A stretch of DNA of 64,000 nucleotides from Nanobdellota archaeon (GCA_038045945.1 JBBSXC010000004.1:160001-224000), one strand, 5' to 3'. Shown: positions 37,801 to 47,159, counted from the first letter of the stretch. Numbers and translations are program-made. The notes: generated from the sequence alone by a model not told the origin.

Positions 37801-38297
37801 TAAAAAAAGGAGAAGACCCGTTCACAAATATAGGGTACACGCACGCAACAGACAACATAAACGCAGGAGTAACAAACTCATCATACAAATTCCTGCCAAC
37901 AATGCATGACAAAGTAGAAAAACAAATGGAACTAGACACAAAACTAAGATCAGTAGACGAAAGCGACGTAGCAAGACTAATAATAGAAAGACACTTCATA
38001 AGAGACATAAGAGGAAACCTAAGAAAATTCTCACAACAAAGCTTCAGATGCGTAGGGTGCAACGAAATACACCGCAGACCACCAATGAGCGGAAAATGCG
38101 TAAAGTGCGAAGGAAAAATAATATTCACAATATCATACGGAAGCATAATAAAATACTTAGAACCAGCAATAACGCTAGCAACAACATACAACGTAAGCCC
38201 ATACCTAAAACAAAGCTTACTATTAGCAAGAAGCTACATAGAAAGCATATTCGGAAAAGAAAAACACAAACAAGTAGAACTAAAAAAGTGGTTTTGA
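34812..38297 (+). CDS. polC: DNA polymerase D large subunit DP2 (no intein)
   Basis: GPIRSAG.TA, FRFRYGRSR, RMGRPEKA, RRDCDGDE catalytic motif, C-terminal Zn fingers. Confidence 0.97.
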   Translation: MNSEEYFNKIQEGVDGLYTIAREARAKGLDPSRDVEIKLATTLGAKAVGLISTIYPQMDKVEIIDRILELEREYGQLAPEVSFKIAEEVAKQKFCEYKNQLEAIDAGIRLGFAYNTLGVVSSPIEGYTTLKTNKNEDGGEYFVPYFSGPIRSAGTTASCMVLILIDFLRESFGYAKYKPTEKEIKRVVTELYDYHERVNNLQYLPTEEEAEFLGRNMPIQVSGEPTEKREVSNFKDLERIETNFIRGGFCLIMGEGLAQKAQKGLRILRKLQTSGFKISDWEFLEEYVALHKKRDEGKKLDSSPTYMKDLVAGRPIFGHPSRSGSFRFRYGRSRSGGFSATSIHPATMAISGGFIATGTQVKVEKPTKGCITTVCDTIDGPIVKMKNGDLKKVRSAEEAKSLYKDVEEIVYFGDILFSFGDVLNRNSQLLKAGYVEEWWELELKKASGETKMDGLQFPRTIKLEEAIKISEKYNIPLHPEYIYYWTQIDYNALCSLLYWLENSRLQGKIILPYNKEEKEQFKEGKRALELLGVPHEVAVENVVLREEESKALLFNLGILPDVFLNENYKLREDIAQLKLKINTSMTVLEIINKLSFVTIKDKAGTFIGSRMGRPEKAKLRKLVGSPSVLFPVGEEGGRFRSVNEAGEKGTIKGDFPIHYCKECQRDTIYPTCEICKNETEKRYYCIDCKEIIQGKECTKEEHKRVVSHSNRRIDSKHYIQSAAKTLGIPVRDLPPLIKGVRGTSNKEHVIENLSKGILRAKHGLCVNKDGTIRYDAIEIPITHFKPKEIGTTKEKLLELGYNQDVNGQELTNDEQVLELKPHDIILPSCPEAKDEKSADVFFSVTKFLDETLEKMYKLPKFYNLTKKEELVGHLVTCMSPHNCAGVVGRIIGFSKTQGLLASPYIHAAMRRDCDGDEAAVMMLLDVLLNFSRGFLPAHRGGTQDAPLVLNSRLRAGEVDDQILDLELVNEHPLTLYELSEKGSHSSEIKIRTVREALKKGEDPFTNIGYTHATDNINAGVTNSSYKFLPTMHDKVEKQMELDTKLRSVDESDVARLIIERHFIRDIRGNLRKFSQQSFRCVGCNEIHRRPPMSGKCVKCEGKIIFTISYGSIIKYLEPAITLATTYNVSPYLKQSLLLARSYIESIFGKEKHKQVELKKWF

Positions 38298-38315
38298 ACT
38301 TGCTAGATGTTTTTC

Positions 38316-39194
38316 TTACTTATTTTTAAAATAAAAGAATGCACAAATTAATCCTGCAAGAAATAACGATATGCTTAAAATGTTAGAAGATGATTGAGTA
38401 ACACCTGAAATAACATTTCCTGTAATATTGGATGAAAGAAAGATAAGAGAAACAAGAAAAAGAGTTAATGACGCAGTCGAAAGAGTTGTTTCGAGCTTAC
38501 TTTTTGACTTCTTTGGTAATGGGTGTGACCGGCTGTATGAATCAATAGTCCTTCCTTTTTCGTCAAGCTGTCGATAAGCTAACCAATGGTTCCACGCATA
38601 TTGTTGTATCCTATTCCGTATTTCATCCCGGGAGAACCCGTAATGAGCGTTCCCAAATTCGGAAGGATTATCCTTTCTCCATTGATTATCTGAATAAATT
38701 CTATTTGCCCATTCTTTTTTATCATACTTATTTAATGGTCTAGTCCATTTAGTTTTCCTGAGTACAAAATATCCTCTAAGTTTTCCAGTTTTTGGGTCTC
38801 TAGCTGCTATAGTTGTTGACTTTTGTTTATCATTTAACAAAAATAAATCTATGTCTGTCCAACTAGGTAACCTTTTACGTTCTTCTATCTCAACAGACTG
38901 TTCTTCTTCTCTTGCTTCATCTTCAAAAAATTTAAAAGGAAGAATTTTAGCTAAGTAAGTCGCTACCTTTGAAAGCGGTTTTGGTGATGGGTGGGTATGA
39001 ATTTCTCTATAACCCCCGACTCCTGGGAACCTTTGCTGATCGATAAAGTCTGGTTGCTTAAATCTTACGGAACCTTCATTTCTTTCTTCACTAACATCAT
39101 ATGGTTCCTCGCCAGGATACTTTCGATAAGCTGCTTCTAAATCCGGTCTTGTAGTTGATTCTATAACCTCTTTTGAGTTTCTTCCCTTTTTCAT
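38316..39194 (-). CDS. JAB/MPN+-like domain protein with C-terminal two-TM 'ITGNVI' module
   Basis: EIHTHP...LPSWTD motif; C-terminal LIFLSSNITGNVIS...LFLAGLICAFFYFKNK. Confidence 0.55.
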   Translation of the reverse strand: MKKGRNSKEVIESTTRPDLEAAYRKYPGEEPYDVSEERNEGSVRFKQPDFIDQQRFPGVGGYREIHTHPSPKPLSKVATYLAKILPFKFFEDEAREEEQSVEIEERKRLPSWTDIDLFLLNDKQKSTTIAARDPKTGKLRGYFVLRKTKWTRPLNKYDKKEWANRIYSDNQWRKDNPSEFGNAHYGFSRDEIRNRIQQYAWNHWLAYRQLDEKGRTIDSYSRSHPLPKKSKSKLETTLSTASLTLFLVSLIFLSSNITGNVISGVTQSSSNILSISLFLAGLICAFFYFKNK

Positions 39195-39228
39195 ATCTTA
39201 ATAATTGTTAATTAACTTATATTACTTT

Positions 39229-40437
39229 CTAAAAGGGCAAATAAAAAATTATAGTTGGTATCAAGAGGCAGCCCATCAAGTTAGTCCTTCTAACACCAAG
39301 ACTAATAGTTAATAATCCTAAAAGCGAAGAAACAGAAAAAACTAACAAACCTAAAAAACCACAAAAAAATAAAACAAGAAAAACGATAAGAGCCAAAACA
39401 AGTAAAGAAACAAGCTTATAGTTAACAACACTAATAATAGAAGAAATTTTCTTACTAACAAAAATACCAACAAAGAAACAAATAATACCAGCAATTAAAG
39501 AAACAAACAAAACAACATAAATATCATTTAAAGAAAAAGAAGGAACCAAAGAAAGAATAACTGCGGCAGCACCAGTACGAGCTTTAGAAATAGCAGCAAT
39601 AGCAACAAATGAAAGGCCGAGAACTAAAACATTAACGCCACCAATAAGCCTCATAAAATCCTCACGATTATCATCAATAAAAGAGGAACCAATAACAGCA
39701 GCCTGACCAGAACCTAGTCCAGGCAAGAAACTAACAAGAGGAGAAGAAATAAGCAAAATCTCAAAATGCTTAACAAAAGAATCCCAAGAAAAACCAAAAA
39801 ATTTATCTAAACCAACAATGGTTTGTTTAGGAACAAAATTATCCTCAAACAAACTAAAAATAATAGAAGAACCACCAAAAAGTCCGCCGAGCAAAGGAAG
39901 AAGAGGCTCAGAAAGACCGAGGTTTAAAGAAGAAAAACCAAGAAAACCAGAAAGAAGAAAAACAAAAAAAGCAAAAAACCACTTACCCTGAGAAAAAATA
40001 AGAAAAAGCGAAGAAGAAATAAGAACAAGCCACATAACGGGAGAAAGATAAAGATAAATTTTAGGAATAACAAAAAATAACGGAAGAGCAATAAGAACAA
40101 AACACAAAAGACCAAAAACACACCCTTGCAAAAAATAAACAGAAGCAGAAAAACCCTCACCCTTAAGAAGAAAATGGTGTCCTGGAATTATCGAAACAGA
40201 AGAATCATCATTAGGACAACCAAGAAATATGCCTGGGATACCATCAAGAAAAGTATGAGCAATAGACAAAGAAACAACAAAAACAATAACCTGATAAGAA
40301 GAAAAAATCTCAGGAGAAAAAATTACTCCAGACAAAAGAATACTACCAACAAGATTAATATGAATTCCAGGAATCAAGCCAGTAAAACAACCAATAAATA
40401 AACCTAAGAAAAAAGCAATCACCAAAGAAAAAATCAT
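39229..40437 (-). CDS. Tripartite tricarboxylate transporter TctA-like (DUF112) membrane protein
   Basis: TGLIPGIHIN, HTFLD.IP.IFLG.P, PGH..L..GEG, LPGLGSGQAA, RRTNLMG.LL.P. Confidence 0.85.
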   Translation of the reverse strand: MIFSLVIAFFLGLFIGCFTGLIPGIHINLVGSILLSGVIFSPEIFSSYQVIVFVVSLSIAHTFLDGIPGIFLGCPNDDSSVSIIPGHHFLLKGEGFSASVYFLQGCVFGLLCFVLIALPLFFVIPKIYLYLSPVMWLVLISSSLFLIFSQGKWFFAFFVFLLSGFLGFSSLNLGLSEPLLPLLGGLFGGSSIIFSLFEDNFVPKQTIVGLDKFFGFSWDSFVKHFEILLISSPLVSFLPGLGSGQAAVIGSSFIDDNREDFMRLIGGVNVLVLGLSFVAIAAISKARTGAAAVILSLVPSFSLNDIYVVLFVSLIAGIICFFVGIFVSKKISSIISVVNYKLVSLLVLALIVFLVLFFCGFLGLLVFSVSSLLGLLTISLGVRRTNLMGCLLIPTIIFYLPF

Positions 40438-40727
40438 TGTTTAATAACCAACTTTTCAACAATTGAACGATTATTATAATAACTAAAAAACAAAGAAACA
40501 TTCCTACCAACAAACACGCTAAGACCGCTATCACAGGAATAACAAGTAAAGACAAGGCTCTTATTACCATTAACTAAAATCTTAATTGTTTGGTAATCAT
40601 CATGAAAAGAAAAATTACTAAAACGACCATTAACAAATAATCCATCATGATAATAATCACTAAGAAAAATAATAACTATAATACCAATAAGAGAGCCAAG
40701 AAACAATAAAGCGTTAAGCCTAGGCAT
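40434..40727 (-). CDS. Small membrane-anchored protein, possible OB fold
   Basis: N-terminal TM followed by beta-rich segment; overlaps start of next gene. Confidence 0.55.
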   Translation of the reverse strand: MPRLNALLFLGSLIGIIVIIFLSDYYHDGLFVNGRFSNFSFHDDYQTIKILVNGNKSLVFTCYSCDSGLSVFVGRNVSLFFSYYNNRSIVEKLVIKQ

Positions 40728-40761
40728 AAAAATAATAACTCAACTAATAAATAAATCTTTT

Positions 40762-41673
40762 CTACTTAGTCTTAAACTCGACAACGTCCAAATCCTTAAG
40801 AACATGCTTAAGGCCAACCTTTTGCCCACCAAACTTACTACTAGGACCCCAAATATGAATCTCCTTAATATTATCGGACATACCATGATAAATCCTCTCA
40901 GCAAGATGACCAACAGTAGAACCAGGCTTCATAATAGTAGCATCAACACTCCTCTCCTTCTTAGGCTCCTTAGTAAAAACCCTCATAATACTAAACTTAC
41001 TCAAAATCCTCTTCTTTAACTCCTCAAGATTAGTTGTATTCTTAGAAGAAAACTTGATAAAGTCCTGCTTACTCATCATAAACTTAGCCTCAGTCTTCCT
41101 AGCAACATCAAAATCCATCAAGTCAGACTTATTCCAAACAATAAGCCTCTTACCAGTAGTCCTCTCAAGATAAGGAGAAATCCTGGAAAGATCATCATAA
41201 TTATTAACAACAACAAGAACAAGATCAGCAGAATTAACCAAACCCTTATCAAAAAAATCACTATTAACAGCAGGAAGATCAATAACCTGAGTAACAATAC
41301 CACCATAACTCATAGCACCAATAACAGGCATAACAGTACTATACTCGTACTCGGCAACAAGAGAAGAAGCATTAGTCAAACAATTAAGTATAGAAGACTT
41401 ACCAGAATTAGTAAAACCAACAAGAACAGCCTGAGGCCCATCCTTCCTAATAGCCTTAAGAGTAGACTTACCAACACTCTTAGACTTCTCTTTTTTATCA
41501 CGAAGCTTAATAAGACGAGTCTTAAGCTCAGCAACCATCTTCTCAGAAGACTTATGCTTAGGAGCATACTTAATCATCTCTTGTAAGAAAAAAATCTTTT
41601 CATCAACATCCTTAGCATTAAGATAATTACCCTGAGCCTTACCATACTCAGGACCAGCATTAGTCGAAGCCAT
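40762..41673 (-). CDS. DRG/OBG-family GTPase with TGS domain
   Basis: PKHKSSE, G1 GFTNSGKS, YEYST, DLP, NKSD, TGS (WGPSSKF.GQKVGL.H.L.D.DVVE). Confidence 0.9.
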   Translation of the reverse strand: MASTNAGPEYGKAQGNYLNAKDVDEKIFFLQEMIKYAPKHKSSEKMVAELKTRLIKLRDKKEKSKSVGKSTLKAIRKDGPQAVLVGFTNSGKSSILNCLTNASSLVAEYEYSTVMPVIGAMSYGGIVTQVIDLPAVNSDFFDKGLVNSADLVLVVVNNYDDLSRISPYLERTTGKRLIVWNKSDLMDFDVARKTEAKFMMSKQDFIKFSSKNTTNLEELKKRILSKFSIMRVFTKEPKKERSVDATIMKPGSTVGHLAERIYHGMSDNIKEIHIWGPSSKFGGQKVGLKHVLKDLDVVEFKTK

Positions 41674-41725
41674 AATGATAAACACAATCAAACATATTTA
41701 AAAGTAGGTATGATGAAATAATATA

Positions 41726-42394
41726 ATGAAAATAGGAATACTATACTCTGGAGGAAAAGACTCAAACTACGCAGCAATAATAGCAAAAAGGTACGGGCAT
41801 GAAATAACATGCCTAATAACAATAGAGTCAGAAAACAAAGAAAGCTACATGTTCCAAACACCATCAATAACACAAACAAAAAAACAGGCAGAAGCAATGG
41901 GAATACCAATAGTAACAGTAAAAACAAAAGGAGTAAAAGAAGAAGAACTAGTAGACCTTAATAAAGCAATAAAAACAGCAATAAAAAAATACGAAATAGA
42001 GGGAGTAGCAACAGGAGCAATAGAAAGTGTGTATCAAGCATCAAGAATACAAAAAATTTGCGAAAAAAGAAAAATATGGTGCTTTAACCCTTTATGGCAA
42101 AAAAACCAAGAAGAATTATTAGAAGAAATAATAAAAGAAAAAATAGAAGCAATAATAGTAGGAGTATCGGCAGAAGGACTAAACAAAGACTGGTTAGGAA
42201 GAAAAATAGACAAAAAAATGATAGAAGAAATAAAAATACTAAACAAAAAAAGCGGAATAAACCACGCATTTGAGGGAGGAGAAGCAGAAACATTAGTACT
42301 ACAGTCCCCACTATTCAAAAAAAAGCTAGAGGTAAAAGACAAAAAAATCCTTGGAGAAGGAAACAACTGGAGAATGGAAGCAGAACTAGAATAA
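41726..42394 (+). CDS. dph6: Diphthine--ammonia ligase
   Basis: PP-loop SGGKDS, SYMFQ, TGAI.S.YQ, PLWQ, EGGEAET. Confidence 0.92.
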   Translation: MKIGILYSGGKDSNYAAIIAKRYGHEITCLITIESENKESYMFQTPSITQTKKQAEAMGIPIVTVKTKGVKEEELVDLNKAIKTAIKKYEIEGVATGAIESVYQASRIQKICEKRKIWCFNPLWQKNQEELLEEIIKEKIEAIIVGVSAEGLNKDWLGRKIDKKMIEEIKILNKKSGINHAFEGGEAETLVLQSPLFKKKLEVKDKKILGEGNNWRMEAELE

Positions 42395-42398
42395 AAAA

Positions 42399-42962
42399 AT
42401 GAATAAAGAAAAAATACTACTGATTAGCACATGCAAAGAAAAAATAAGTGAACTAGAATTCGTAAAACCAATATCGCAAATAATAAAAGAAGAAGGAAAA
42501 GACTCCGATGTAGAGAGCTATAAAGAAGTAAACGCACTAGTGGCAAACAAATACAAAATAATAATAATTTGTGGAACAGCAATAGCAGACTTTGACTACA
42601 ACAATCACCTAATAAACTTCAAATGGATAAAAAATTATTCTGGAAAAGTATTGGGGATATGCTCAGGAATGCAAATAATAACGAAAGTTTACGGAGAAGA
42701 AGTAAGCACAGAGGGATTGCCAAAAATAGGGATGAAAAAAATAATCATAAAAACGCCAATATTAGGGTTAGAGGGAAGTAAAGAAGTCTACGAATTACAT
42801 AAAGGGATGTGCAAAACACCAAAAGAATTCACAAGCTACACTAGCGGAGAAGAAGCAGAAATAATAAAACACAAAGAAAAAGAAACCTACGGAGTAATAT
42901 TCCACCCAGAAGTAAGAAACAAAGAAATAATAAAGAAATTTCTAGAGTTAGGAGAAAAATAA
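42399..42962 (+). CDS. Class I glutamine amidotransferase (stand-alone)
   Basis: Nucleophile elbow LGICSGMQ and FHPE. Confidence 0.85.
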   Translation: MNKEKILLISTCKEKISELEFVKPISQIIKEEGKDSDVESYKEVNALVANKYKIIIICGTAIADFDYNNHLINFKWIKNYSGKVLGICSGMQIITKVYGEEVSTEGLPKIGMKKIIIKTPILGLEGSKEVYELHKGMCKTPKEFTSYTSGEEAEIIKHKEKETYGVIFHPEVRNKEIIKKFLELGEK

Positions 42963-42963
42963 A

Positions 42964-43767
42964 ATGAAACTAGTAGACGTACACGCACACTTAACATTTG
43001 AAAGATTTGAAGAAGACTTAGAGGAAGTAATAGAGAGAGCAAGAAAAGGTGGATTCAAAATAATAATTGCATCGGGGGTAGGAAAGAAGAGTAATCGGGA
43101 AGTATTAAAATTATCAAAAAAATACTCTGACATAATAAAAGCAAGCTTCGGAATATACCCTGTAGACGCAGTAGCAGAAATGCTGACAGAAGCCAAAGAT
43201 GACGTAACACGAGATTTAGAAATCTTTAATGTAGAAGAAGAATTAGAATGGATTAAAAAAAACAAAGAAGAATGCGTAGCGATAGGAGAGGTAGGACTAG
43301 ACTACAAAATGGTATTGCCAGAAGAAGCAAGAAAAAAACAAAAAGAGATATTCAGAAAAGTAATAGATTTAGCAAAATTGATAAAGAAACCACTAGTAAT
43401 ACACTCAAGAAACGCAGAATCAGACGTTTTAGAAATATTAAAAGAAGAAAATTTCAAAAACGCTGATTTACACTGCTTTAGCGGAAATAAAAACCTCATA
43501 AAAAAGGGCGTGGGACAAGGATTATACTTTAGCATACCAGCAGTAATAACAAGACTAGAACACTTCAAAATGCTAGTAGAAATAGTCCCATTAACACAGA
43601 TACTAACAGAAACAGACGCACCATACTTATCAGCAGAGTTAGGAAAAAGAAGCGAACCCATAGACGTAAAACACACAATAAGAGAAATAGCAAAAATAAA
43701 GAAACTAAGCGAAGAAGAAGTATCAGAACAAATATACCAAAACGCCAAAAACTTGCTAAAAATTTGA
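42964..43767 (+). CDS. tatD: TatD family nuclease
   Basis: DVHAHL, IGEVGLD, IHSR, HCF, TETDAPY. Confidence 0.93.
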   Translation: MKLVDVHAHLTFERFEEDLEEVIERARKGGFKIIIASGVGKKSNREVLKLSKKYSDIIKASFGIYPVDAVAEMLTEAKDDVTRDLEIFNVEEELEWIKKNKEECVAIGEVGLDYKMVLPEEARKKQKEIFRKVIDLAKLIKKPLVIHSRNAESDVLEILKEENFKNADLHCFSGNKNLIKKGVGQGLYFSIPAVITRLEHFKMLVEIVPLTQILTETDAPYLSAELGKRSEPIDVKHTIREIAKIKKLSEEEVSEQIYQNAKNLLKI

Positions 43768-43839
43768 TTAATAACTATAAAACAAAGAATTAAAAGGACT
43801 AATAATCTGGGAAATAAGGAGAAAAGAACAAAAATAAAA

Positions 43840-44376
43840 ATGAGATTATTCATAGCAATATTCCTGCCAGAAGACGTAAAGAAAGAAATAAAAAACACTC
43901 AAGAAAAAGTAAGAAAACTAGAATTAATGAATGCAAGATACGCAGAAACAGACAACTTACACCTAACACTAAAATTTTTAGGAGAAGTAACAACACAAAA
44001 AGCAGATGAAATAAGCAAAAAATTATCAAAAATAAAAGAAGAATCATTCGAAACAACAATCTCCCAAGCAGGAATATTCACACCAAGCGAACCAAAAATA
44101 TTGTGGTTAGAAATGAGCGGAGCAGAAAAACTACAAAAAAAGATAGATGAAACAATGGAAGAAGAAGGATTCAAAAAAGAACCACGATTCATGAGCCACA
44201 TAACAATAGCAAGAATAAAACAAATGAACAAAACATACGTGATGAAACTACTAGACGAAATGAACAAAAAAGAAAAAGAAGAAAAATTCAAAATAAAAAA
44301 GTTTTCATTAGTAGAGTCAGAACTAACACCAAGCGGGCCAAAATACAAAGTGATAAAAGACTACAAACTAGAATAA
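43840..44376 (+). CDS. thpR: RNA 2',3'-cyclic phosphodiesterase (2H family)
   Basis: MRLFIAI, HLTLKFLG, HITIAR, S.LTP.GP.Y. Confidence 0.93.
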   Translation: MRLFIAIFLPEDVKKEIKNTQEKVRKLELMNARYAETDNLHLTLKFLGEVTTQKADEISKKLSKIKEESFETTISQAGIFTPSEPKILWLEMSGAEKLQKKIDETMEEEGFKKEPRFMSHITIARIKQMNKTYVMKLLDEMNKKEKEEKFKIKKFSLVESELTPSGPKYKVIKDYKLE

Positions 44377-45945
44377 TTATTCCTTGTCATCATCAAAATC
44401 GCCTAAAACCTTTTGCTCCTTACTGTCAATTTCATCCCTGAGCTTAAAATCCTTACTGATACTATCAATCGCAGAATACATCTTCTTTTCCTTGTGAAAA
44501 GCAGCCCAAAAATAGATTTCATCACGGGTCTTCTGAGTAACTAAAGTAACAACCTTACCAGGCTTGAGCCTAGCAGTACGACCACCACGCTGAATCTTAC
44601 GAATAGCACTAGGAATGGGCTCATAAAAAACAACTAAAGAAACCTCAGGAAGATCCAAACCCTCCTCGCCAATAGAAGTAGCACAAAGAACATTAACACT
44701 ACCAGAACGAAAGTCATTAAGAAGTTCAGACTGCTCGCGCTGAGAAAGACCAGTATCACCCTTCTTCAATTGACCGACAAAAACACGAGAATTAACGCCT
44801 GGCAAAGAATTAAGAGACTTACAAATAGCAGTAGCGGTAGAACGAAACTGAGTAAAAATTATAGCTCTGCGCTTATCACCAATTGATTCATCCTTAATAA
44901 TACCCTTAACAACAGCCAACTTAGGGTGCTCAATATTATCACCAATGAGCTTAAGCAAAAAATCATTAGCCAAAAGAAAATCCTTATTAGCAACCAACGT
45001 CTGAACAGACTTACTCTTCTTACTAGCAGCCTGATCAAACAAATCCTTAAAGTAATCGGCAGTTGAAGAAAGAGTCTGAGTCTCAATCAACTCAATAGCA
45101 TGAGAAACCTTCAAGGCCTGAGCACAAGCAGAAGAACCAGCCATAGAATTAAAATTTTTGTTACCAGCAATAATGCCCTTGATTAGACGAGCCTGAAGCT
45201 CCAAAAGAGATTTCTTACCGCCAGGACCAAACAAGAGTTTCCTACTCTTAAGCTCAAAAACCTTCTTATCATAAATACCTTTTAAGAGATCACGAACACG
45301 AGAAAGAACGGGAGGATAATCAACCTTAACAACCTCCACCTCTAACTCCTGCAAATACTCCTTAACATCATCACTATCTCTAGTTCTAACCTCCAAAGCC
45401 TCAATACCCAAATTATCACAGATCTCCTTAATCTTAGCCTTATCAGAACCTGGAGAAGCAGTCATACCAAGAACACGGGGATTAGAAGCAACCTCCAAAT
45501 AATGATGAGCAACATAATTATAATCATAATTTTTCAAACAACGATGAGCCTCATCCTCAACAAGCAAACAAACAGAAGACAAATCATAAAGATTCTTCTT
45601 AAGATCATTAGCAATACATTGAGGGGTAGAAAAAATTATGTCGGCCCTCTGCCAAAGCTTTTTACGAGTTTGAGCTTCCACACCTCCAGTGAAAATCTCT
45701 ATAGTAGCAAAAAGCTCAGTTAAATGCTTGCGAAAATAACTCATTTGTTGCTCAGCCAAAGGCTTAGTGGGAGCAAGAAACAAAACTTTACCAGAAGGAA
45801 AACTCTTAAGCCTGTCAACAGCAAGCATTAAAGCAATAAGAGTCTTACCAACACCCGTGGGAAGAACAACCAAACAATTCTTATCCCTACAAGTAAGAAA
45901 AATTTCTTCCTGGTACTTACGAGGAGAAATACCAACAATGGTCAT
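44377..45945 (-). CDS. Hef/FANCM-like SF2 helicase, no fused ERCC4 nuclease
   Basis: PRKYQ, LPTGVGKT, DEAH, TASPG, TSIGEEGLD, IQRGGRTAR; start set to ATG 45945. Confidence 0.9.
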   Translation of the reverse strand: MTIVGISPRKYQEEIFLTCRDKNCLVVLPTGVGKTLIALMLAVDRLKSFPSGKVLFLAPTKPLAEQQMSYFRKHLTELFATIEIFTGGVEAQTRKKLWQRADIIFSTPQCIANDLKKNLYDLSSVCLLVEDEAHRCLKNYDYNYVAHHYLEVASNPRVLGMTASPGSDKAKIKEICDNLGIEALEVRTRDSDDVKEYLQELEVEVVKVDYPPVLSRVRDLLKGIYDKKVFELKSRKLLFGPGGKKSLLELQARLIKGIIAGNKNFNSMAGSSACAQALKVSHAIELIETQTLSSTADYFKDLFDQAASKKSKSVQTLVANKDFLLANDFLLKLIGDNIEHPKLAVVKGIIKDESIGDKRRAIIFTQFRSTATAICKSLNSLPGVNSRVFVGQLKKGDTGLSQREQSELLNDFRSGSVNVLCATSIGEEGLDLPEVSLVVFYEPIPSAIRKIQRGGRTARLKPGKVVTLVTQKTRDEIYFWAAFHKEKKMYSAIDSISKDFKLRDEIDSKEQKVLGDFDDDKE

Positions 45946-45967
45946 GAATGAGAAAAGAAAGAGAGGA

Positions 45968-46495
45968 TTATAAAGAAAGTGGTGATAAAACTTTTTGTTC
46001 ATCAATCTTATCATAGATATACTGAGAGAAGAAACCATCATACTTTTTTTGCAGAAACTTATTTTTCCAATCATTTCCTGTAACTAATCCTCTGCATTTG
46101 GGACTCTGGCAGGAACAGACAAAACTATAATCTGTACTTTCGGACATGGCATAATCAAAAGTAATCTCCTCACCAACTGGGATATCCCTCATTGCTACAA
46201 ACTGCATCTTATTCTTAATACCGCAGTTAGGATCACAAGAGTGATTAACATGTCCAAATCTCTTTTCGTTATCATTATTAACTGTGACTAAAAACGAATC
46301 TTTCCCAATCTGAAGCATATGATCAAACCCTGTAGAATACTTTTTGTCAGCTTCAGCTTTACTAATAATTATTTGTGGTGCAGAAGAGAAATCAATTATT
46401 ACTTCTCCTCTCATTATCGGTTTTATAGCAAACGATCCATAACCTGAAATTAAACTTAAACCACTATTAATACTGTTAGAAAAATACGCTCTCAT
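45968..46495 (-). CDS. SET-domain methyltransferase with post-SET
   Basis: G.G.FA, NHSCDPN, GEEITFDY, CSC....CRG. Confidence 0.9.
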   Translation of the reverse strand: MRAYFSNSINSGLSLISGYGSFAIKPIMRGEVIIDFSSAPQIIISKAEADKKYSTGFDHMLQIGKDSFLVTVNNDNEKRFGHVNHSCDPNCGIKNKMQFVAMRDIPVGEEITFDYAMSESTDYSFVCSCQSPKCRGLVTGNDWKNKFLQKKYDGFFSQYIYDKIDEQKVLSPLSL

Positions 46496-46496
46496 A

Positions 46497-47159
46497 TTAT
46501 ACCAAAAAGAAACTATAAGCCAAAGCTACCAAAACAACACCAGACAAAACCATCCACAAAGAACGATTACCAAAAAATAATTTTGTACCATCAAGCTGAC
46601 CAAAAGGAATCATATTAAAAAAAGAAAACTGGATAGCAATCCTAGAAACCAAAGGAAGATTAAGAATATAAGCAAAAAAAGCAATAAGCAAACAAGAAAA
46701 AACGCCAGCCGCAGAAACAAAAGCAGAATCACGATCAGAAATATTAGTAAAAGAAAGAAGACCATCCTTACGAACCTGCTTATACTTACGAGGCTTAAGA
46801 TCACTCTGCAAAGAAGCATACCAAGGAATAGTACCAAGACTTAAAACAAGAACAACAATAGGAAGAATAATACCCAAAGGAACCTCATTATTAAAATACT
46901 GGTGAGCCCTAAAACCATAACGCTTAAGACTCCAAATCCTAGATTCCTCATCAACACTGAAATAATAACCAGTAAGCTTCTTAGCAAGAAGATAAACAAA
47001 AAGTATGAGGCCAAAAACAATAAGCATAATAAAAAAACCAAAAAAAGTCAAAGACTGAAACTCGACGACAGAACCAACAAAACTAAGAACTATCCAAGCA
47101 CTAATAACCTGACCAAGCTCTTTAAAAGTTTCCATTTTTTTAATAATCACACCACTCAA
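46497..47159 (-). CDS. Degenerate M50/site-2 protease-like membrane protein
   Basis: VSAAG, FNMIPFGQLDG retained; HExxH position reads VYLLAK. Confidence 0.65.
   Translation of the reverse strand: MSGVIIKKMETFKELGQVISAWIVLSFVGSVVEFQSLTFFGFFIMLIVFGLILFVYLLAKKLTGYYFSVDEESRIWSLKRYGFRAHQYFNNEVPLGIILPIVVLVLSLGTIPWYASLQSDLKPRKYKQVRKDGLLSFTNISDRDSAFVSAAGVFSCLLIAFFAYILNLPLVSRIAIQFSFFNMIPFGQLDGTKLFFGNRSLWMVLSGVVLVALAYSFFLV

Noticed and set aside
34812-38297. Intein in DP2
   Set aside because: Length 1161 aa is normal and the catalytic region is continuous
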